Source: Candidatus Ryanbacteria bacterium CG10_big_fil_rev_8_21_14_0_10_43_42
Lineage (GTDB): Bacteria > Patescibacteriota > Minisyncoccia > Ryanbacterales > 2-02-FULL-48-12
NCBI GenBank assembly: GCA_002793915.1
Contig: PFEF01000003.1
Span: forward strand, 104,648-166,448
Direction of reading: 5' to 3'
Length of the DNA stretch: 61,801 nt
The translations under genes were made by a program, and so were the position numbers. Each line of letters begins with the position of its first letter. The first letter of the stretch is position 1. The notes beneath the pieces were generated by a model. The model was not told the DNA's origin, searched no databases, and saw only the letters and a program-made list of their open reading frames with translations. Below, piece after piece: positions 57,595 to 61,801 of this stretch.

Positions 57595-58284
57595 CTAACA
57601 AGTCTCAAGCGCTTGAGAAAATACATTATGATATTTTTTTATATATTCTTTCAAATTCTTTCTCTGATATTGCATTATAAAACGCGGGTGCTCGATTGCG
57701 AATACATGGTTAAAAAATCCAAATTCTCTGTTCAGCTCAGTGAATTTCTTTTGATTTTTCCCAATGCCTAACAAGATCGCCGTATCTCTAGCTCCGAAAG
57801 AGCGTTGTTGTTGTAATGTGCTAACAATAAATGGTTTCGTTATCTCTAACATATCTTTATCATCGTAATAATTATAATTTACTCCATCTCGAATAAATCC
57901 AATCGGTGAAACTGCAGACAGAAAAAAGTTACTATAGAAAACCCTAGAACCACCCCACTCATTAATAAATGTATACATGAGCTCTGAGGATAATTCCCTT
58001 TTCTTCACAAAAGCATTATCAATGCCACAAAATTTTTCTAAAGCGATTGGATCAGTAAATGGCACTCCGGTTATTCCTGATCCAAAACGACCTGGGTTGA
58101 TCCCCAATACAAATATTCTCTTTTGAGTATCACAAAAGAATTTATTAAGAAATACTTTTATATTATCTCTAACATCTGCCTGCTTGTATGGATGTACAGC
58201 CTCAACCCCGTATGGCAGGTTATGCGGTGCGTATAGTCCTTCGTAGAACATACTTGCCTTTTCAGCAAATGTTGATGTTGACAT
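57595..58284 (-). CDS. Uracil-DNA glycosylase superfamily protein (SMUG/DUF4918-like)
   Basis: FVLGINPGRFGSGITGVPFTDP motif and late HPRF segment. Confidence 0.5.
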   Translation of the reverse strand: MSTSTFAEKASMFYEGLYAPHNLPYGVEAVHPYKQADVRDNIKVFLNKFFCDTQKRIFVLGINPGRFGSGITGVPFTDPIALEKFCGIDNAFVKKRELSSELMYTFINEWGGSRVFYSNFFLSAVSPIGFIRDGVNYNYYDDKDMLEITKPFIVSTLQQQRSFGARDTAILLGIGKNQKKFTELNREFGFFNHVFAIEHPRFIMQYQRKNLKEYIKKYHNVFSQALETC

Positions 58285-58370
58285 TGTTTAAATAAACCAC
58301 TTATATTTCTCATTATAAACAAATATAAAAGGGCGGTACAGATTTTGCACAACCCTCAACGATTTTGGCA

Positions 58371-59006
58371 TCATTTCCACATACTGACCGGAACAGCGAA
58401 GGTTGTCTTTGCGGCACTTCGCAAGTCGGGCTTGTGGCCAATGACCCTTTCGGTATTGTCGAAAGACCCATACCATAGGGATTGAAATTTGTTCTCGGAC
58501 ATTCCGTGCATGCGCATATCCGCAAGGTGAATAACTCCTAGAGGAGCTTCTTTCATAACCTTCTTATACCTCGGTCGTTGTTTGCTACGAAAGACAATCT
58601 CGGTAAATACCGCTTGCCGCGTTTTTGGCAAGAATTCAAAACCGCCAAAACCCGTAACCCAAGACACAGCCTTCCCAATAAGAACCCGATAGCCTAAGCA
58701 AATCATTCCCCGGAACTTCACTTCTTGTTCAAGAAAAAACGGGGATGCATCTTTTAGAAGAAGGAGAAAATTCCTAAAATCCTCAGTGGTTATAATAGAT
58801 GGGAAAATAATGCTCTGCGTTGAAACCTCATCAAGCGATATTGCTTGTTGCACCAGGCGCACTATCTCTTCTTTATCTACTTTGCTAACAGACAACCTCC
58901 ACCCATATCTAGCAGGATCGCCTGCAGCATGCGCAGCGAATAAACACCCCGCACCTCCTTTTCGATAAAACTCAAGCTGGGTTTCAATCACTTGTTGATT
59001 TTGCAT
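58371..59006 (-). CDS. Hypothetical protein (YqcI/YcgG-like by eye)
   Basis: 211-aa ORF; GAGCLFAAHAA and VTGFGGFEFLPKTRQAVFTEIVFRSKQRP segments. Confidence 0.3.
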   Translation of the reverse strand: MQNQQVIETQLEFYRKGGAGCLFAAHAAGDPARYGWRLSVSKVDKEEIVRLVQQAISLDEVSTQSIIFPSIITTEDFRNFLLLLKDASPFFLEQEVKFRGMICLGYRVLIGKAVSWVTGFGGFEFLPKTRQAVFTEIVFRSKQRPRYKKVMKEAPLGVIHLADMRMHGMSENKFQSLWYGSFDNTERVIGHKPDLRSAAKTTFAVPVSMWK

Positions 59007-59165
59007 TTTTACCTCCTATACAAAAGTTTGATTTTCTGAAAGACCAGCAGATCATGATTCCTCACATATATACCACAAATGATCATAAAATTCAACTGTT
59101 AAGAAAGTTCAACTCCCATCAGGTATAGAACTTTTTTGCATTGCAAAATAAAGATTTTTTCGATG

Positions 59166-59238
59166 GGTGGCTGATGGGATTCGAACCCACGACCACTCGG
59201 ACCACAACCGAGCGCTCTACCACTGAGCTACAGCCACC
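59166..59238 (-). tRNA. tRNA-His (anticodon GTG) with encoded G(-1)
   Basis: Minus strand GGTGGCTGTAGCTCAGTGGTAGAGCGCTCGGTTGTGGTCCGAGTGGTCGTGGGTTCGAATCCCATCAGCCACC; extra 5-prime G opposite discriminator C. Confidence 0.9.
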
Positions 59239-59356
59239 ATGCGTATTGCATATCTCCTAAGAATGCTGATACTGTACCAAAATTTACGCTCGAAAACAAT
59301 CCTTCAGAAGACTTGTGGCAGATTATTTTGGGAAAAAGAAAAAGACCATTAAGGTC

Positions 59357-59890
59357 TTAAGGATCATGTTCTTGGCAACGCATATTGTTCCGTTTACGTA
59401 TTGAGGTAATACTCCATCCTAATATAGGCACATACCCTCTTCCACAAAAAGGGCAAAATATATCAATCTCCCAACCGAAACTCTTTTTATAGTACTCAAA
59501 TACTTCGGTTGACTTACAGGGAAGTAATGTGGCGAGAAGAGCAAGGCGGGCGAAAAATGCACTATCCCCCATAAATGTACAATCGAACATGCTTTCATAC
59601 TTAGGCGTACCTCTTACTGAATTAAGTGTCGGCGTACTCCATACTGTAAGATTTGGATCGCGAAAAACCTCATTTATTGTTCCATTATCAAACAACACAT
59701 CATGCACGGCGTAAGAGTTTCGGGGAAAATAGATCTGTGTTATGTCAGTAAACTGACCTTTATATTCCACCGGTAAAAAATCAACCTCAAGATACCGTTC
59801 CCACAAAGCGCCTCCCAAACCGTTGCGATCGGCACGATAATAGCGTCTCATTTCTTCCATTATTTCGAAAAATACCTTCCGAGAAAGCAT
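59357..59890 (-). CDS. Hypothetical protein
   Basis: 177-aa ORF followed by an AAGACC/GGTCTT hairpin. Confidence 0.4.
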   Translation of the reverse strand: MLSRKVFFEIMEEMRRYYRADRNGLGGALWERYLEVDFLPVEYKGQFTDITQIYFPRNSYAVHDVLFDNGTINEVFRDPNLTVWSTPTLNSVRGTPKYESMFDCTFMGDSAFFARLALLATLLPCKSTEVFEYYKKSFGWEIDIFCPFCGRGYVPILGWSITSIRKRNNMRCQEHDP

Positions 59891-59949
59891 AGCACCCCCT
59901 TTTGTCGGAAAAAGAAAAAGGCCATGGAAGACCTATAACTATAAAGTGA

Positions 59950-60159
59950 TTAGTGATCGCCGTAAACTCCGCCAAAATTTTCATGGAGGTAGCGAAATGC
60001 TTTCAGTTTATCCGAACATTTTGTGCACTCCAAAAGATGCATTTCTTTTTCCGGTTTTTTTCCCTCAGCAAATTGCCATACTTCTTCTTCCGTAAAATGA
60101 TTATCATCGTTATTCTTTCCCGCATTGTACACCATTTCTATCATTCTCTCGGTCGACAT
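59950..60159 (-). CDS. Hypothetical small protein
   Basis: 69-aa ORF. Confidence 0.35.
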   Translation of the reverse strand: MSTERMIEMVYNAGKNNDDNHFTEEEVWQFAEGKKPEKEMHLLECTKCSDKLKAFRYLHENFGGVYGDH

Positions 60160-60258
60160 GGCGTCTCTCCTTGTATGTTAATCGAATGCTCTAGAACAAA
60201 GAATACCGCGTAACAACAGTAACGTCAATTAAAAACCGTCGGTGGCAGTTTTTAATAT

Positions 60259-61125
60259 TTACCGGGAATTTTTTATATGCACCGTTCTTTGCGGAAACGG
60301 AATCTCGATACCTTCTTTATCAAATGCCATTTTTATACGTTTTCGATACTCACGCATTACCGCCCATTGCTGCATCGGCTTAGTGTCTCCAAGTACTTTT
60401 ATCATAATGGCCGAGTCGGCAAATTCATTTACGCCCACGGACTCAATCGGCTTTATAATATCATCTTGCCATTGTTCGTCTTCCGCCATTTCCTTCCCTA
60501 CGCGGTTTAGTACCTCAATGGCTTTATCCAAATTGGTATCGTACCCGACACTTATATCCAAATGTGCCCGCGCCCAAATTTTTGTCATGTTGGATGTTAC
60601 GCTTATTTCACCATTCGGCACCGTATGTTCGACACCGTCCAAATCCCTAAGAACCGTGCGACGAATGGTAATATCTTCCACAACACCGGAAATACCGCCC
60701 ACTTTTACCACATCTCCCTTGCGATATTGATCTTCCATGATGATAAACAAACCGGAGATAAGATCGCGAATTAAATATTGACCGCCAAAACCAACAGCAA
60801 TACCGGCAATGCCGGCTGCCGCTATAAGAGGACCAATATCAATACCAAGCTCGGACGCTACCATAAGTCCGACCATAATCCATACGCCGATGTTGATAAT
60901 GGAAAAAGCGACGCCTTCAAGTGTTGCTTGGCGTTTTTCCTTGGCAACGTGGTCGCGCAGTTTATATGTTTTATCTACGACTTTTTCAAAACTGGCGCTG
61001 ATGATACGCCGAAGCAAGCGAATACCAACAAATCCGCCTGCGAAAATAAGGATAATACGGATACTATGCATTCCCATCCATGCAAGGAAAGCCTCCGCCA
61101 GCGATGAAATTGAGAAATCGATCAT
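60259..61125 (-). CDS. MscS-family small-conductance mechanosensitive channel
   Basis: 3 TM helices then LISGLFIIMEDQYRKGDVVKVGGISGVVEDITIRRTVLRDLDGVEHTVPNG beta-domain signature. Confidence 0.85.
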   Translation of the reverse strand: MIDFSISSLAEAFLAWMGMHSIRIILIFAGGFVGIRLLRRIISASFEKVVDKTYKLRDHVAKEKRQATLEGVAFSIINIGVWIMVGLMVASELGIDIGPLIAAAGIAGIAVGFGGQYLIRDLISGLFIIMEDQYRKGDVVKVGGISGVVEDITIRRTVLRDLDGVEHTVPNGEISVTSNMTKIWARAHLDISVGYDTNLDKAIEVLNRVGKEMAEDEQWQDDIIKPIESVGVNEFADSAIMIKVLGDTKPMQQWAVMREYRKRIKMAFDKEGIEIPFPQRTVHIKNSR

Positions 61126-61201
61126 ATGTCTGTTTTAGATTGTAATGAAATTATCGCACTGAAAATCGTTGCTGAATCTTGTACAGACTACTATAGGTGC
61201 T

Positions 61202-61378
61202 TTATTTTTTCCAGTCCTTGATGCGGAGTGTTTGAGTTCGCTCATCGAGCGCAAATTCTATTTTCTGCCGCTCGCGCCACTTAAGCGCACGCACCATGTC
61301 GATAGGTATGGTTACGTAATAGGTACCTCCGGATTTTTGGATATTTCGAATATTGCGGTTGTGTTGCTTTCGTGCCAT
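61202..61378 (-). CDS. AbrB/MazE/SpoVT-family DNA-binding protein, 58 aa (not in the ORF track)
   Basis: Own translation MARKQHNRNIRNIQKSGGTYYVTIPIDMVRALKWRERQKIEFALDERTQTLRIKDWKK; swapped-hairpin motif pattern. Confidence 0.6.
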   Translation of the reverse strand: MARKQHNRNIRNIQKSGGTYYVTIPIDMVRALKWRERQKIEFALDERTQTLRIKDWKK

Positions 61379-61395
61379 ATATAGATAGTATATAT

Positions 61396-61433
61396 AATCA
61401 CTAGTGATATATCTAGATATATCACTAGTGATT
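61396..61433. promoter_or_regulatory. 38-bp perfect palindrome (two ATCACTAGTGAT boxes), candidate operator of the AbrB-like gene
   Basis: AATCACTAGTGATATATCTAGATATATCACTAGTGATT is its own reverse complement; lies 18-55 nt upstream of the AbrB-like start. Confidence 0.6.
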
Positions 61434-61438
61434 TATTC

Positions 61439-61510
61439 GCTCCCATAGTTCAATGGATAGAATGCAGGCTTCCGGAGCCTGTGATAGAGGTTCGAATCCT
61501 CTTGGGAGCA
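61439..61510 (+). tRNA. tRNA-Arg (anticodon CCG)
   Basis: GCTCCCATAGTTCAATGGATAGAATGCAGGCTTCCGGAGCCTGTGATAGAGGTTCGAATCCTCTTGGGAGCA; anticodon loop TTCCGGA. Confidence 0.9.
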
Positions 61511-61704
61511 CATTTGCTTTTATAGCATGATTTGGTATCATTTTTGCAACATACTCCCCGTCTGCCGCCTATGTAAACCGAGAAGGCCTGGGCGATTGCC
61601 CGAAATGAAATGGCCAAAGCGGCAACAGACATCGGCAGACATCTTCTTCCGGACGCCCTCGGAATTGCTGTATGCATTCCGAGGGTATTTCTATGCCTGT
61701 CGAA

Positions 61705-61736
61705 AAATAAAAAGCGCCGCAACAGGCGCTTTTTAT
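61705..61736. terminator. Hairpin terminator
   Basis: A-run, AGCGCC-GCAACA-GGCGCT, T-run. Confidence 0.65.
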
Positions 61737-61801
61737 ATGTGTGTCTCTATTGTACCAAGTTAAAACCTATTTCAAAAACCGGTAATGTGCCACGCGCGGA
61801 G

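Noticed and set aside
61560-61680. Minus-strand GUCCGGAAGAAG resembling the SRP RNA helix 8 GUCCGGAAGGAAGCAG
   Set aside because: The strand following the GGAA loop cannot form the closing pairs, the AGCA motif is missing, and no matching 5-prime asymmetric loop is present.
61450-61763. 90-aa minus-strand and 78-aa plus-strand ORFs after the AbrB-like gene
   Set aside because: They run through tRNA-Arg or the terminator hairpin and have implausible composition.

Overview
This 61.8-kb window comes from a compact, gene-dense bacterial genome. The gene content looks Patescibacteria/CPR-like, which is inference only. Stop codons and ORF lengths fit the standard genetic code.

Bases 1-12 kb carry the str and S10/spc ribosomal protein operons on the minus strand: rpsL, rpsG, fusA, an extra ORF, tuf, rpsJ, rplC, rplD, rplW, rplB, rpsS, rplV, rpsC, rplP, rpmC, rpsQ, rplN, rplX and rplE.

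Bases 12-46 kb are housekeeping and envelope genes:
- M50 protease, L28 and a type IV pilin
- tRNA-Arg(CCT) and tRNA-Lys(CTT)
- two glycoside hydrolases, HtrA, a VIT1 transporter, cyclophilin and Nth
- YbaB, a PilB/GspE ATPase and class I ribonucleotide reductase nrdAB
- PspC, a TMEM175-like channel and a LOG-family protein
- an ECF sigma factor, MscL, a pseudouridine synthase and CreD
- many unassignable membrane or secreted proteins

Bases 46-59 kb are an accessory, rearranged region ending at tRNA-His. It holds four loci bracketed by inverted arrays of a GATAACGGGGTCAG motif:
- one full-length HUH/Y1 (RAYT/IS200-like) transposase gene
- two nearly identical 233-bp deletion derivatives of such a gene
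- one IS4/IS5-type DDE element whose transposase has an in-frame TAG

Interspersed cargo includes an RHS-core toxin with a lytic-transglycosylase-like tail and a putative immunity gene. It also includes truncated toxin, recombinase and CYTH gene fragments, an IucA/IucC-like ligase and an alpha/beta hydrolase.

The window ends with MscS, a small AbrB-like regulator with a 38-bp perfect palindromic operator, and tRNA-Arg(CCG). I saw no rRNA and no CRISPR array. All protein family calls rest on motif recognition by eye, with no searches run.
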